64,000 bases of DNA from Octopus vulgaris (GCA_951406725.2 OX597814.1:90272001-90336000), one strand, 5' to 3'. Positions 1 through 13,270 are shown, counted from the stretch's first letter. Program-made: numbers and translations. The notes: a model not told the origin generated them from the sequence alone.

Positions 1-485
1 TCAGGCAAGCGAGAAAGAAAATTAATGATATAGGCTTTGCAGATCAGAGAAATATAGAATTCCCCTCAGAGACAGTGTATACGAAAATGTAATTATACAT
101 CAGATCTAATCGTATGGTACAACAGTATGGCCTTTGGCGGCATTTGCCATTTCGTGTAAGTAATATAGATTCAATGACACAAAAACCCACACCAAAGGAA
201 TAATTGCAAATACTTCTAGTCTTTGAAGTTAAAATTGCATTTACAACAATCCAAAAAGAAGTAGGAATAGAGTGAACAAATAATTTACTTTTATTTTTGT
301 CTAGAGGCGACATGTAAATGAGCTTTTTATGCATTTAGCGAAGTTTACATTCATAAATGCTAGCGTCTATATTTTCAGTCTAAGGATGGAAATATGGTAG
401 CGATAATATTACTTTGACTCTCTTTAATCATTAAATTAAATTCTGAAATATAAAATAACTGTGCAAGAAATTATTTTTGTAACAT

Positions 486-488
<3 letters not shown>

Positions 489-524
<36 letters not shown>
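489..524. repeat. (CT)n microsatellite
   Basis: Direct reading; one example of dozens of (TA)n, (CA)n, (TATC)n and (TATG)n tracts in the window. Confidence 0.95.
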
Positions 525-527
<3 letters not shown>

Positions 528-2584
528 CAACCCCTTCTTTCTATAAAAATATAGATAACATTCATATATTGTTTGTGTGAATATAAATACTTTAAAAAAT
601 AACCATACCGAAAGGCGTGTGGTATATTTTAATTATATTTGGTTTTCTCACAATTCAGCTTTAATGTTCATATAGTCTATTATCTCAGAAAAGTTATTAA
701 CTGATAAACTGTGTAAAACTGTAAGGTGCTAACGTGACATATTATCGCGCAAATGAAATCGTAGCTAATATGACGTAATGTTATTTAAAAAAATAATAAA
801 TGACGTAGTAGTTTTTGCGTAAATTCAAAAATAACATATATTTATGAAGCGAATCATTTGGAGAAGAAATTAAAATTCGAAGATTGATAATTAACCTTTG
901 TATTTAGACATAACATCTCACATATTAACATAACTTCTTGCGATAGTTATTGAAGCAGCATTAAGGCAGATGTCAGTTACATAAATCGCCGTTACATTAG
1001 GGTACAAGGTCCCAATAATAATCTTATTGATTACTAACATCAGATTCAAGTATTATTAGGATTACAAACGGGTCGTTAGCTTCGTTCGAAACATTGGTCT
1101 TAGAAGGAATCAGTGTAACAAATTTACGCGGTTGATATTCATTTTGTGCAGTAGTGCATAATACAATGTGCATAGCGTGACAATGAATGTGAAGTTTCTG
1201 GCATATTTCAGAGCGATTACTTGGAAATGGCTACTACAGTAAACCTGAGTTGCTATTATCGCAAAATGTATGTAAATCAATTGTGTAAGCTGACTGTCAT
1301 ATTTGATATATTATGCTATATACAGCTATTAAATAAGAATGCAAATACAAAACTGAAAGTACTTTAAAATACTTTAAGCACAAAATATATAACTTCTACT
1401 TTCAGGTGCATTGATTTTTTGCTTATTCGTTAATACGTAAAATGACTTTATATGCAACTATCGAATGGTTCAAAAGAAACAGGTTATTGATAATTAGAAG
1501 ACGCGTGTTGATTTTTATAAGAAGCGAAGAAAATCTTGTGAATTTCAGATACGCTCAAAGGAAATTTGAAGTTATTATTGCTATAGAAAATCGTAATATT
1601 AAAACAAAAAAAGTTTTACATGGAAACAGTCCACTCTGATGTAATATAACGAATGAATTCTATTTTCTTTATTCAGAATTAGTGATCGTCCTATGTAATA
1701 GTTATCCCAATTAATAGATTAAAGGTCTGTATACACGGCAATATAGACATTAAATTTGCCATGGTAACATGCATGGATTCGATTGTATATTTAGAAGAAA
1801 TACATTAAACTATCTGTCACATAATTCAAACTTTTGAAGGGAATGTTTTAGACTACAAGACAAATGAGGATTAATTTTGCATGAAATATCTTGTCAAATT
1901 ATGTTTTTTGTGCACCGTAATGTATAGAGTGCAATATTTGAAAAATTAGAATCATAGGTTGCCATAAAAAAGATATTAGCTAATATCTGTTATTTACAAA
2001 ATATAACGTTACCTTGAATTATATGAGTAGTTGGACGAGTTATCCGAATGACGATTTGTTTACACTACTATTTATAGTAAAGGGTTTTTTTCTTTTTTTT
2101 CTTTTTTGGGGCTAGGGTGGCAAAAATGGGTAAGAACTATGGCCATAACAAGAGAAAAGTGTGGCACTCAAATTCAATTGCATTTTCAATACACTTTTTA
2201 AGAATTGTAGTTTACAAAAAATCGACAAAGAATTTCGAATAACAGTCGTGAGGTGAAACATAATAGAGATAATGAGAAAAGGAAAGGAGCGGTTGGTTTG
2301 GGTGGCTATAAGCGGTGATATAGCGATAACTAGTATTAAAGAACCCAAACACTTTCGAAGGTGCCGTAGATCTAAGATAGCAACGCAAAAATGAAGAAGA
2401 AAGAGAAATAGACAGGGAGGGAGGAAAAAAGAGACACGGAGAGAGAGAGATAAAAATAGATAGACAGATAGAGAGGGAAATAGAGAGAGAGAGAGAAGGC
2501 GACAAAGAGATACAGGCAGATAGAAAAAGAGGATAAATATCAAAAGGATAAAGAGAGTTCTGTTGCAATGTTTGGAAGTCGGGT

Positions 2585-2792
2585 GCAGCGAGCTGGCAGA
2601 ATCGTTAGCACTCCGGGAAAAATGCTTACCAGCGCTTCGTCCGTCTTTACGTTCTAAGTGCAAATTTTATCCTTCTTTTTCATCCTTCCGGGTCGATAAA
2701 TTAAATGTCAGCAGTTACAACATTGAGATCGATGTAACCGACTTAGCCCTTCCTCCAAAATTGCCGCCCTGGTGTCAAAATTTGAAATCAAT
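2585..2792 (+). mobile_element. tRNA-derived SINE family A (GCGAGCTGGCAGAA head), diverged, tail type B
   Basis: Head gcgagctggcagaatcgttagcac and core tttcatccttccgggtcgataaa match the copies at 14022, 54692 and 60625; tail ccaaaattgccgccctggtgtcaaaatttgaaatc. Confidence 0.8.
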
Positions 2793-3242
2793 ATTTGGGA
2801 GACGAGGGAGTGTCACATATGCCGTATAGAATCAAATTTAAATTCTATTTTTCACTTTGTTTGGCTTCCTAGATTAAGAAGTGTGGATAAAACTGTTTAC
2901 TCAGTGCGCGATCCCATTCTAAAGCAGAATTTTCTTGCCGAAATACTGTAGAAAATGTATATTATCATATACTGGTGTAACTGTAAATTCAATACGTATG
3001 CTCTACAGGTACACATACACAAATAAAGACACACAAAAGTGCACACATGTATATATAAATGGATGAATGAATTATCCTTTGTTTACCGTTAACGTGGAAA
3101 ATTCAATAAACAGTTACCATGGTAGCAAAATTCACGCAAGTAAGAAGGATGTAGCGACCTATTTAAAGGTAGACACTCCGGGTTAATGTGCAGTATAGTA
3201 TCAGTAAATAAATGGAGTTGAACGCAGATCTTATTCACATGC

Positions 3243-3293
<51 letters not shown>

Positions 3294-3688
3294 CACTCAC
3301 ACATTTACAGTCTTATATAAAGGTATATACATACAGTAAATTAATCTGATATAGTTTGTACGACAGAAACATCCCGTCATCAATTTTTAGCTGGAGAATA
3401 AAACGGATTCGGCTACTTTGGGCATTAGAACAAACGCCTACGGTTTTGACATGCAGTGTTATTAACAAACAATAAGTTCTTTTGAGCCATAGATTAACAC
3501 AAATTTTCCCTCTCATTAAACGATGCAACTAACAATTAAAACTGGGTAGAGCTGTAAACACTCTAAATATGATATAGCAAATATTCTCTTTTTATTATCC
3601 ACTTAAGACATGTTTTTCTCTCCCAAATCACACATAAACACACACACGCGCACACACACACACACGCACGCACACACACACACTATAT

Positions 3689-3910
3689 TCTCTTTTATCT
3701 CTTTTACTTGTTTCAGTCAGCTGACTGCGGCCATGCTGGAACACCGCCTTTAATCGAGCAACTCGATCCCGGGACTTATTCTTTGTAAGGCCAGTACTTA
3801 TTCTATCGGTCTCTTTTGCCGAACCGCTAAGTGGCGGGGACATAAACACACCAGCATCTGTTGTCAAGCAATGCTAGTGGGACAAACACAAACACACAAA
3901 CATACACGCT

Positions 3911-3948
<38 letters not shown>

Positions 3949-4096
3949 TACGACGGGCTTCTTTCAGTTTCCGTCTACCCAATCCACTAACAAGGCTTTG
4001 GTTGGCCCGATGCTATAGTAGAATACACTTGCCCAAGGTGCCACGCAGTGGGACTGAAACCGGAACCATGTGATTGGTTAGCAAGCTACTTACTAC
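3689..4096 (-). mobile_element. tRNA-derived SINE family B (CORE-like gtggcaccttgggcaagtg segment), near full length
   Basis: Reverse complement aligns along its length with the + copy at 6374-6850; B-box-like ggtttcagtccc, internal (TA)n/(TG)n, tail aaacaagtaaaagag. Confidence 0.85.
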
Positions 4097-4170
4097 ATTA
4101 GAGAGAGACGTAAGTATATGTATTTATGCTGATATATATATCTATATCTATCTATCTATCTATCTATCTG

Positions 4171-4238
<68 letters not shown>

Positions 4239-4282
4239 GCTCTCTCTCTATATATATGTATATATATAACTAATATATACAA

Positions 4283-4314
<32 letters not shown>

Positions 4315-4315
4315 G

Positions 4316-4681
4316 GCAAGTGAAAATCAAATCATCAAATCAAATCAAACAAATCAAATAGATGATCAATGGAATTTGTATCTTGAATGCGGTGGCACAA
4401 AAAAATCATCCGGACGTGGCCGTAGCCATACAAGACTGCCTCCGGCTTTGACGTACAACACCATCCGATCTGGCCGTCCCCACTCATCTGGCACCTGTGT
4501 GGGCACATAAAAACACCATCCAGTGGCCGTCCAGCCTCGTCTGGCACCTGTCGTGGCATAAAAACAATGAGCGTGGCCGTTCGAGCCCGTCTGGCACCTG
4601 TGTCGGGAAAAATCCCACTACACTCATGGTTGCGTTAGGAAGATCAGCTGTGAACACTGCCAGATCACCGAGCGCCCCACC

Positions 4682-4682
<1 letters not shown>
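4316..4682 (+). repeat. Degenerate ~45-50 bp tandem array (tggccgt...ctggcacctg...aaaa unit) followed by a cccactacactc...gcgttaggaag segment, probably part of a non-LTR/SINE element
   Basis: ctggcacctg occurs three times and tggccgt four times between 4417 and 4600; flanked by (TA)n. Confidence 0.6.
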
Positions 4683-4733
<51 letters not shown>

Positions 4734-5286
4734 GTTATCTTTAATCATTTGAGCCAAAAGGAAGGCGAATATACACACAAATAAAATGTTTTTAAACAAC
4801 AAATAATGCAGGACAAAGCGGGATTAGTTTACCAGCTGAGTGATAGGAAGCGTGCAGCTCTAAGGTAACTTTCAATTATAATGTTTTAAAAGAAACATTT
4901 TAATCTTACTTCTTAAGTTCTGTAAATCATTGTCTCTCATTGAATCAAAGGAGCCTTGAACGCACACACACACACACTCACACACGAACGAATATAAGAA
5001 CATATATATACACACAAGCTTACAAATGCATATATAGAAATATCTATGCATATGTATGTTTGTGTGTGTATACTTAAACATTTCTACACACATATATAAA
5101 CACACAGTTCACATACACACATATATAAACACACAGTTCACATACACACATACACATATACATTACATTTACGTGTCTGTTTTCCTCTTTATGTGTAACG
5201 TAGTACAGAACATATTTAAGAACTGGAATATATTTTAATATGGTATACGGAATTGTATGTATGTACGTAAGTATGTATGTATGTAG

Positions 5287-5325
<39 letters not shown>

Positions 5326-5983
5326 TATATACATACGTATACGTACATAAATGTATACGTATATACATATGCATATGTAGGCACAGGACATCCGAAAACG
5401 TAAACAACACAAAATACGAACACATGGAATATGAACTTTGTTTGCGAGCCACGAAAAAACAAATGGAAAACAGGACAAACAACACAAAGAACAACCATTC
5501 ATCAGTTGTTGGCTCTTTTCTAATCCGTATTTCGAGCATTTCACGATAAAATACGTTTTCGATAAAACATTGGTTCCCGCAAAGCAAATTAAATAAAATT
5601 CGTGATGTTGCGGATGGGTTAAAATTGGTGACAAAAACAGGACAGACAAAACAAACAGGAAAGGCTCCTAAACCTAAATGAGATTGAGTGGCAAACGCGA
5701 AGTAACAAGCTTGGACAGGAGACAGACAAGAATGCGTCTTCCTTGTCCAGCTGCAACAGGAGGAAAGAAACATAAGTTAAGAGACGAAAAATGGCCGTTG
5801 GTCTCATATATATATATATATACATAAACACACACAGGCACATATATATATATAGATATGCATCTATATGTTTACATACATGCATATATATAGTTATATT
5901 TACATATGGGAGTGTGTGTGAGTGTGTGTATGCATGTATGTATGTATGTATGTCTGTATGTATGTATGTATGTATGTAAGTAT

Positions 5984-6139
5984 GTATTAATAGTTATCGC
6001 CAGTCTAACATGGCAGTCCAGAAAAATACGAGGAATACTGCTGTTGATTATCTCCAAGAGGCGATCGCTGCTTAATTAACGACAATATTCGTCCTACTTT
6101 TCTGGACTGCCACGTTAGCTTGGCAATAATTATTAATAC
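5984..6139. repeat. Imperfect inverted repeat, ~67-bp arms, 22-bp spacer
   Basis: 5984-6050 (gtattaatagttatcgccagtctaacatggcagtccagaaaa...) against the reverse complement of 6073-6139 (gtattaataattattgccaagctaacgtggcagtccagaaaa...). Confidence 0.85.
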
Positions 6140-6373
6140 CCAGTTCTGCTGCCGTAGAGAGATTTAGAAATAATAATATTTCTATATGTATATATATATA
6201 TACATCACTAAATGCAAGTGCCAGTACATATGTATATAATTATGTGCTTCAATTACAGCTTTTTAGCTCTTATTTGTAGCATAGTAGGTGTTGTGACACC
6301 TTAATCATATTTAATGATAGAGTTTTTTGTGGGGTAACACATTGCATGCGGCTGCCTATTTTAATTTATATTA

Positions 6374-6524
6374 AGAGTGGCTGTGTAGTAAGTAGCTTGC
6401 TTACCAACCACATGGTCCGAGGATCAGTCCCACTTCGTGGCACCTTGGGCAAGTGTCTTCTACTATCGATTCGGAACGACTAAAGCCTTGTGAGTCGATT
6501 TGGTAGACTGAAAGAAGCCCGTCG

Positions 6525-6582
<58 letters not shown>

Positions 6583-6850
6583 CATATGTATGTGGGTATG
6601 TATGAGTGTGTGTGTGTGTGTGCGTGTGTGTGTGTTTGTGTGTGTGTATACGCGTGTGTGTCTGTGTTTGTCCCCTAACATCGCTCGACAACCAATGCTG
6701 ATGTGTTACGCCACCGTAACTTAGCAAAAGAGACTGATAGAATAAGTACTAGGCTTGCGAAGAATATGTCCTGGTGTCGATTTGCTCGACTAAAGGCGGT
6801 GCTCTAGCATGGCCACAGTCAAATGACTGTAACAAGTAAAAGAGTAAAAT
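6374..6850 (+). mobile_element. tRNA-derived SINE family B, near full length
   Basis: gagtggctgtgtagtaagtagcttgc head, gtggcaccttgggcaagtgtcttc core, internal microsatellite, tail aacaagtaaaagagtaaaa; homologous to 3689-4096. Confidence 0.85.
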
Positions 6851-6971
6851 AACGTATATATATATATATATATATATATGTTTATGAGCGACTGGACAAA
6901 CGAAAGAAAGAGCACGCAACACATTTATTGGGAGATGCATATGTTGTTCAATTGTTTGATTGGTATCCCGT

Positions 6972-7066
6972 GCCACTTCAAGTATCGAAGCCACTAACGG
7001 AATTCTCTTCGGATTCTGACCGGCCCGAGGAGAGATTCCGTTGGGGATTTTGAAACTTGAAGTAGC
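6972..7066. repeat. Imperfect inverted repeat (~41-bp arms)
   Basis: gccacttcaagtatcgaagccactaacggaattctcttcgg versus ccgaggagagattccgttggggattttgaaacttgaagtagc. Confidence 0.7.
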
Positions 7067-7969
7067 CTAGAATCCGAATCTAAGTGTTTGGAACAATATA
7101 TATATATGTAGATGCGAGAATGTGTATGGCATGTGTGTGTGTGTATATTCAATTTTACATTAATCTCATGGGTTGCTCTGTGCTGTTGTAGAGTACTGGT
7201 GTTGACGGTAACTCGATGTTTCGGCCGTCTGAGTCATCAGCGAACGTCCAAACTGCCATCCAACAACAACAACAACAACAACAATAATAATAATAATAAT
7301 AATAATAATGAATATATATATATATATATTCATATGCTAATTAGGATTATATAGTATTATCAGTATTTATACTAATGGTTCTTGGAATTTCGGGTACATA
7401 ATCACATTAAACAACTAAACAACACGCTAAATTTAATTAGTGTACAACCTGATAGCCATTTACTTCGCTGGAGTGCTTACTGAGTGATACATTATATTCA
7501 TTCGATTCATTAGTATATGCATAAAACACACAAATCTCACTCTCCTCTTTCCCCCCTCCCTCTCTCTCTATCTATCTATATAACTATATCTGATTATATT
7601 GTATTAATTTTCTACATGTAAACACATATCGATCTATCTATTTATGCACTTCTCACTGTCTCTCACTCTTTCTTTATATGTGTCCTTGTATAGGTATTAT
7701 GAGCGTGTATGTGAATGCGTGTACAAGTGAGACATTATGCCTGCCTCTTCGTAAATATCCCTATGTCACATTTCATTCAGACATGTGGCTCACGAAATAG
7801 AATTTGCTAGCCATAAAATATTTCTCCTTATTGATTTTCCGATACTCAATAACATGAAAATGGCCAGGTTCTCAGCTATTAGCGATAATATCTTTATATC
7901 AGTCGTCATCTCTAATTGCTCCCTCACCCATATACATACACCCACCACGCACAAACACACACATATATA

Positions 7970-8087
<118 letters not shown>

Positions 8088-8166
8088 GTGTATTTATATA
8101 AACACAAATATACATTAGTCCATATATGTGTGTGTGCATGTGTATGTGTGTGTCAATATGTGTATA

Positions 8167-8215
<49 letters not shown>

Positions 8216-8506
8216 GTATATATATATTGTATGTGTAAAGATACAGTTTTAGAAAAGAAACGTTGGTTTCATAGCTAGCGTGAACTAGACATATCTTGAA
8301 ATTCTCTAAACGATAACTGTTCTCTGTATATAGACATAAATATGACTATATATGTAATACAAGTATCTGTTTTGAATGTGCATTTAGCTCAAATAATATA
8401 GCACATTAATGTATAGTATATAAATATATATAAATGTATATGTATGCATGAACACACATATATGTATGTATATATATATATATATACATATACATACATA
8501 GGTACG

Positions 8507-8561
<55 letters not shown>

Positions 8562-8716
8562 GAAGAAAGACAGAGAAAGAGAGAAAATGAGGTTAGACTT
8601 ATTTATGCTATAATTGATAGGCTTAAGTACTACTCTTAAATATATAGTTATCGATGTTATCTTGTCATTGTAAAATTCCATTATACACACAAACGCATGA
8701 ATTTAGTTATATATTC

Positions 8717-8760
<44 letters not shown>

Positions 8761-8769
8761 CTCTCTCTA

Positions 8770-8833
<64 letters not shown>

Positions 8834-9116
8834 CACATACAAAATATATTATATGTATCAATATATTATATGTATCAATTTGAATAATTTTCATACCACT
8901 TTATAGAACCGCTAGAATATGGGGCAAAATGAATTCTCTCTATATAAACAGACTCCTGATGCCGATAATAATTAATACGCTATTAAATTATGTACTTGTG
9001 TCCTTGCAATCTAGAATACTGAGAAAGACATTGCACTACTATTCATTATATATATATATTTATATATATACATAGATATATGTACATATATATATATATA
9101 TATATATAGATATATT

Positions 9117-9166
<50 letters not shown>

Positions 9167-9174
9167 TGTATGTT

Positions 9175-9205
<31 letters not shown>

Positions 9206-9215
9206 TTATGTATAT

Positions 9216-9906
9216 TATGGCTGCCCCCTCGTTATCGAGTATGGTCATTTCACGAAGCTTAACTTTTACTGGTGCTGTGATCGAATGTGAGTTTTTAGCC
9301 CAGCTAAAGATCTCCAATGTCTTGTACAAAATTGGCAACTAAAACCTTTATTGGTAATAGCCGGCTGTAGTTGTAACTGGGCTTCATGTACCTTTGCATG
9401 TCGTTTAAACCCTCCTGCCGAATTACACTCTCTTCCACATGCCCGACAGATATGATTAGTATGGTGTGGTACACCACTACCAGTGGCCAGGTTGTCACAC
9501 ATCTGTCTCATTTTATGACTACGAAGATGACCCATGAGTCCAGCTTTACTGAGGCAGGGTCTTGCATAGACATTGCATGTCAGAATCAAAGGAGGACCCT
9601 TCTCTTCTGGAAGTGTAACAGCGATGCCCTTCCTGACATCCCTCCTTACTTTCTCATGTGCAACTCGAGATTTCTCAAACTTGGCTGTCCCCTCATGCAC
9701 AATCCTTCTCCTCCTGCTACGATCAATAGCTATGCCTTCCCATGTGTCAGGAGAGATGCAAGCATCTCTTAAGGAAGCCTTCAGCAAGTCCTTATACCTC
9801 CTGTTTAGTTTATGTGGATGTCGTTCTCCTTTAGCTAACTCTCCATAAAAGAGTTGTTTTGGCATCCTTGAATCCTTCGTTCTGACCAGATGACCACTCC
9901 ATGTAA
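9216..9906 (-). mobile_element. 5'-truncated RTE-clade LINE 3' end: C-terminal ORF with three C2H2-type zinc fingers and short 3' UTR
   Basis: ORF 9266-9910: WSGHLVRTKDSRMPKQLFYGEL...RYKDLLKASL...WEGIAIDRS is a typical RTE C-terminus, followed by CNVY..HLRSH, CRAC..HAKVH and CQFC..HIRSQH; microsatellites on both sides. Confidence 0.9.
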
Positions 9907-9919
9907 ACATACATATATG

Positions 9920-9963
<44 letters not shown>

Positions 9964-9964
<1 letters not shown>

Positions 9965-10258
9965 TAGCAGTATCGCCCGGCGTTGCTCGCGTGTGTAAGG
10001 GAAATAACTATATAAGCATTTTTAGTGAGTTATAGCAAAAAAAAGCAAAAATGCATTAAAATTGGAATAAAGAATGATGGTAATTTTTTTTTTAAATCGT
10101 AGACTCATCGTAGACGCGCGCTAATACCCAGAAGGGATCGATATGAATCACGACTATAAGATACCCGGTTTTGGTTACACTTCACCGCAAAATGTGGGAG
10201 TAGTTAGGAATCTAAATCGTAGGAGACAGACACACAACCTTGCTTTTATATATAAAGA
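9964..10258 (-). mobile_element. Non-autonomous Helitron (295 bp)
   Basis: Minus strand starts A|TCTTTATATATAAAAG and ends with a GC-rich subterminal hairpin-like cgcgagcaacgccgggcg then CTAG|T; A|T target with no TSD. Confidence 0.8.
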
Positions 10259-10634
10259 TTTGTGCAACAACTAAAACATTCGGTTGAATAGATATCTGCA
10301 TCAGAGGGAGCTAGTCAATACGGTGCAATACAAAAATAGGTATAATGAGCTCCGACCACTCGTTATTTCTCGAACAGTAGTAGAGTGAAATTATCAAAGC
10401 GTTTATGAGGGGTTAATGATGTGTGTTTTAGAATGGAGTACGTATTTCTGCACACGTTGAAGTATTGAGGTGCTGGTTAGTAGATGTGAGCTGTTAGTGT
10501 TCTTGCAGTCATTATATGAATGAAGTGAAAGCGTGCATGTTAGAAGTTGAGATAATAAAGATTTAGTTAATACACATATCATGATGACGTTTAAGTATTC
10601 CTCTCATAGATTCCAAACGAAAACCAATATTATC

Positions 10635-10788
10635 TTCTTTTCTACTCTTGACACAAGGCCCGAAACTTTTGGGAAGGGGACCAATCGAATATATCGACCA
10701 TAGTACGCAGCTGGTACTTAATTTATAGACTTCGAAAAGATGAAAGGCAAAGTCGAACTCGGTGGAATTTGAAATCACAACGTAAAAA
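10635..10788 (-). mobile_element. SINE family A fragment (core and variant tail)
   Basis: gatgaaaggcaaagtcgaactcggtggaatttgaa is the reverse complement of the family A core. Confidence 0.75.
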
Positions 10789-11921
10789 CAGTACTATATT
10801 GTACAAGTTTTAACGACTTATATACAGCTACGAAAACAAAACTAACTAGCTACATTATCAGAAAACTATCACTTATATTGCTTAATTTATTTTTGATCAC
10901 AAAACGTATTTCTTGAATGTTGTAACAGTTTGACATACAATTTAGAAAGGGAAAAAGACAGACTTAGAAATCAGAGCTGTAAAAACAATGTGATGCAGTC
11001 CACAGTTTATTATAAAATCACTGTTTGACGTTGATAATGATATAATTTCTCTTCAAAGGATAGTATCAAACAAACCAAGACCATAATGAATTTGTGCAAT
11101 TATGTATAAATTTACATTGCTTTGTAAATATTAATCTCAGTAGATATGACAATGTTAATCTTTGATCATTTTTCTTCCTATTAGACGGAAGAATTAATAA
11201 GAAACTATAAAGAACACAGATGAGAATATACATTATTTGGGAAATTATGATACGCAAATAGTAGACTAAATTAGTAACTCCTGGCGGGGTTATATCTATA
11301 CTTTAGTTTTCCATTGTAGCAATTTCAAATACGTTACTGAGTTAAGTTCTTTGAAGAATTAAGTCTTTACTCCTTTTTTGTCTAAGTCAACAGAAGGATA
11401 TATTCAATTAGCCATCAATTCCTTCGGTCAAGAAAGATCAAGCGAAATATTGTATTTATCACGGTAGAATAAATATAAAAACAAATATAAAATAAAATTG
11501 CTACTGAATTATATGCAACATTATTCATTTAATTCGAAGTGCATCATAAAATCTGACGTATTAACTACTTATTAGTGACTTTAATAGTATGAAAGTACAG
11601 CAAAACAGTTAGATAAATACTCTTTACCTCGTAAATCAATACCTTTCTATGTCTCAGTGCCAAACTCATTAACTTCGGTACTAAAACCTTTGCAGGAATC
11701 TAAGTAAAATTATTTTACTTCTATTACAGTTTTTATCACACATTCAGCTGGTTTGAAATTGATTTCGAATTAATCATGCTAACCAAGGTATAAAGTACGA
11801 CAGTGCCTGGAAGTATTATTTCATTAGTGATTGAAGACAGGTGACTTTACAACTTGACTTCAAATTTGTTGTTTCACTTTCTTAGAATGTATATATATAT
11901 ATATATATATACATACATACA

Positions 11922-11957
<36 letters not shown>

Positions 11958-12377
11958 TATCTGTCTATCTCTTGCGTAGGGTTTAGAAATGTAACTTACA
12001 TAGAGAAACATGCAGAGGGCTGAAAATGAAAGATAAAGACCATGTATTAGAGAAACATGCAACACAAGGAAGATAAAACATTGGAAATTCGAGCATGAAT
12101 ACAGAGATCTAAAAGGAAGAATATCAAAACGTTGTAAAATTTTTGACGTCATTGATTTTTTCATTCTTCAGATGGAAATGTCTGTGAATTTTATCTTAGT
12201 ATATGAAATACTAATTTCAGTACAAGACCGTAAAAGAATTCTACGATCGTCTGCATGTAGGTATTAATAAATCAATGCGTATCAGCGTGTATGCACGTGT
12301 GTATGTTCGTATGTATGTATGTATATATGTATATGTGTATGTATGTATGATGTGTGTATGCGTGTATATATTTGTGT

Positions 12378-12712
12378 GGAGGCGCAATGGACGTGGAGGC
12401 ACAATGGCTCAGTGGTTAGGGCAGCGGATTCGCGGTCGAAGGATAGCGGTTTCGATTCCCAGATGGCTCTTTGTGAGTGTTTATTGAGCAAAAACATCTA
12501 AAGCACCACGAGGCTCCGGCAGGGGGTGGGGTTGAACCCTGCTGTACTCTTTCACGACAACTTTCTCTCATTCTTTCTTCATGTTTCTGTTGTGCCTGTA
12601 TTTCAAAAGTCAGTCTTGTCACACTCTGTGTCATGCTGAATTTCCCCGAGAACTACGTTAAGGGTGCACATGTCTGTGGAGTGCTCAACCACTTTCACGC
12701 TAATTTCACGAG
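12378..12712 (+). mobile_element. tRNA-derived SINE family C
   Basis: A-box tggctcagtgg and B-box gtttcgattcc; 3' body (cttgtcacactctgtgtcatgctgaat...gagaactacgttaagggt) shared with 40195-40510 and 54316-54580; head segment gtggaggcrcaatgg is duplicated. Confidence 0.8.
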
Positions 12713-12718
12713 CATAAG

Positions 12719-12853
12719 TTTCCACTCATTTATTTATCTTTTTCCTAAAATTTTCGTTGCTTCTTGCAATCTCTTCAATAGTTGTTGACCCGCAATAAGA
12801 GGTTGCAAGAAGCAACAGAAATTATAGAAAAAAACAGAAATAATGAGTAGAAA
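12719..12853. repeat. Imperfect inverted repeat (~57-bp arms) with hammerhead-like core, probable Penelope-like terminus
   Basis: ttcgttgcttcttgcaatctctt versus aagaggttgcaagaagcaacagaa; minus strand reads TTGAAGA-gattgc-aagaa-gcaac-GAAA. Confidence 0.6.
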
Positions 12854-12951
12854 TTGAACCGGTGAGTGTGTTAAATACAGCATTAAAACATAATGGCTCT
12901 ACGCACACACACACACATGTACACACACACACACGTACACACACACACACT

Positions 12952-12985
<34 letters not shown>

Positions 12986-13201
12986 CGTATGTATACGTGT
13001 GCACGTTTTACATTTATATAAATATATATATATATACAAATGCATACACACATATCCTCTAATGTATAGGACACGGGGAAAAGCTTAATCCATTATCCTA
13101 TGCATTAGAGGACATGAGTGCTTGTGTGCTTGTGTGTGTCTGTGTATGCATTTGTATGTAAATATATATTTATATGCATGAGAAAAGTGCACACCGACAT
13201 T

Positions 13202-13270
<69 letters not shown>

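Noticed and set aside
4400-4610. CRISPR-like repeat/spacer array
   Set aside because: Units are degenerate tandem copies without unique spacers; eukaryotic context and no cas genes
9266-9910. Host C2H2 zinc-finger gene
   Set aside because: The fingers are fused in frame to an RTE C-terminal domain, lack TGEKP linkers, and the start codon comes from the flanking microsatellite junction
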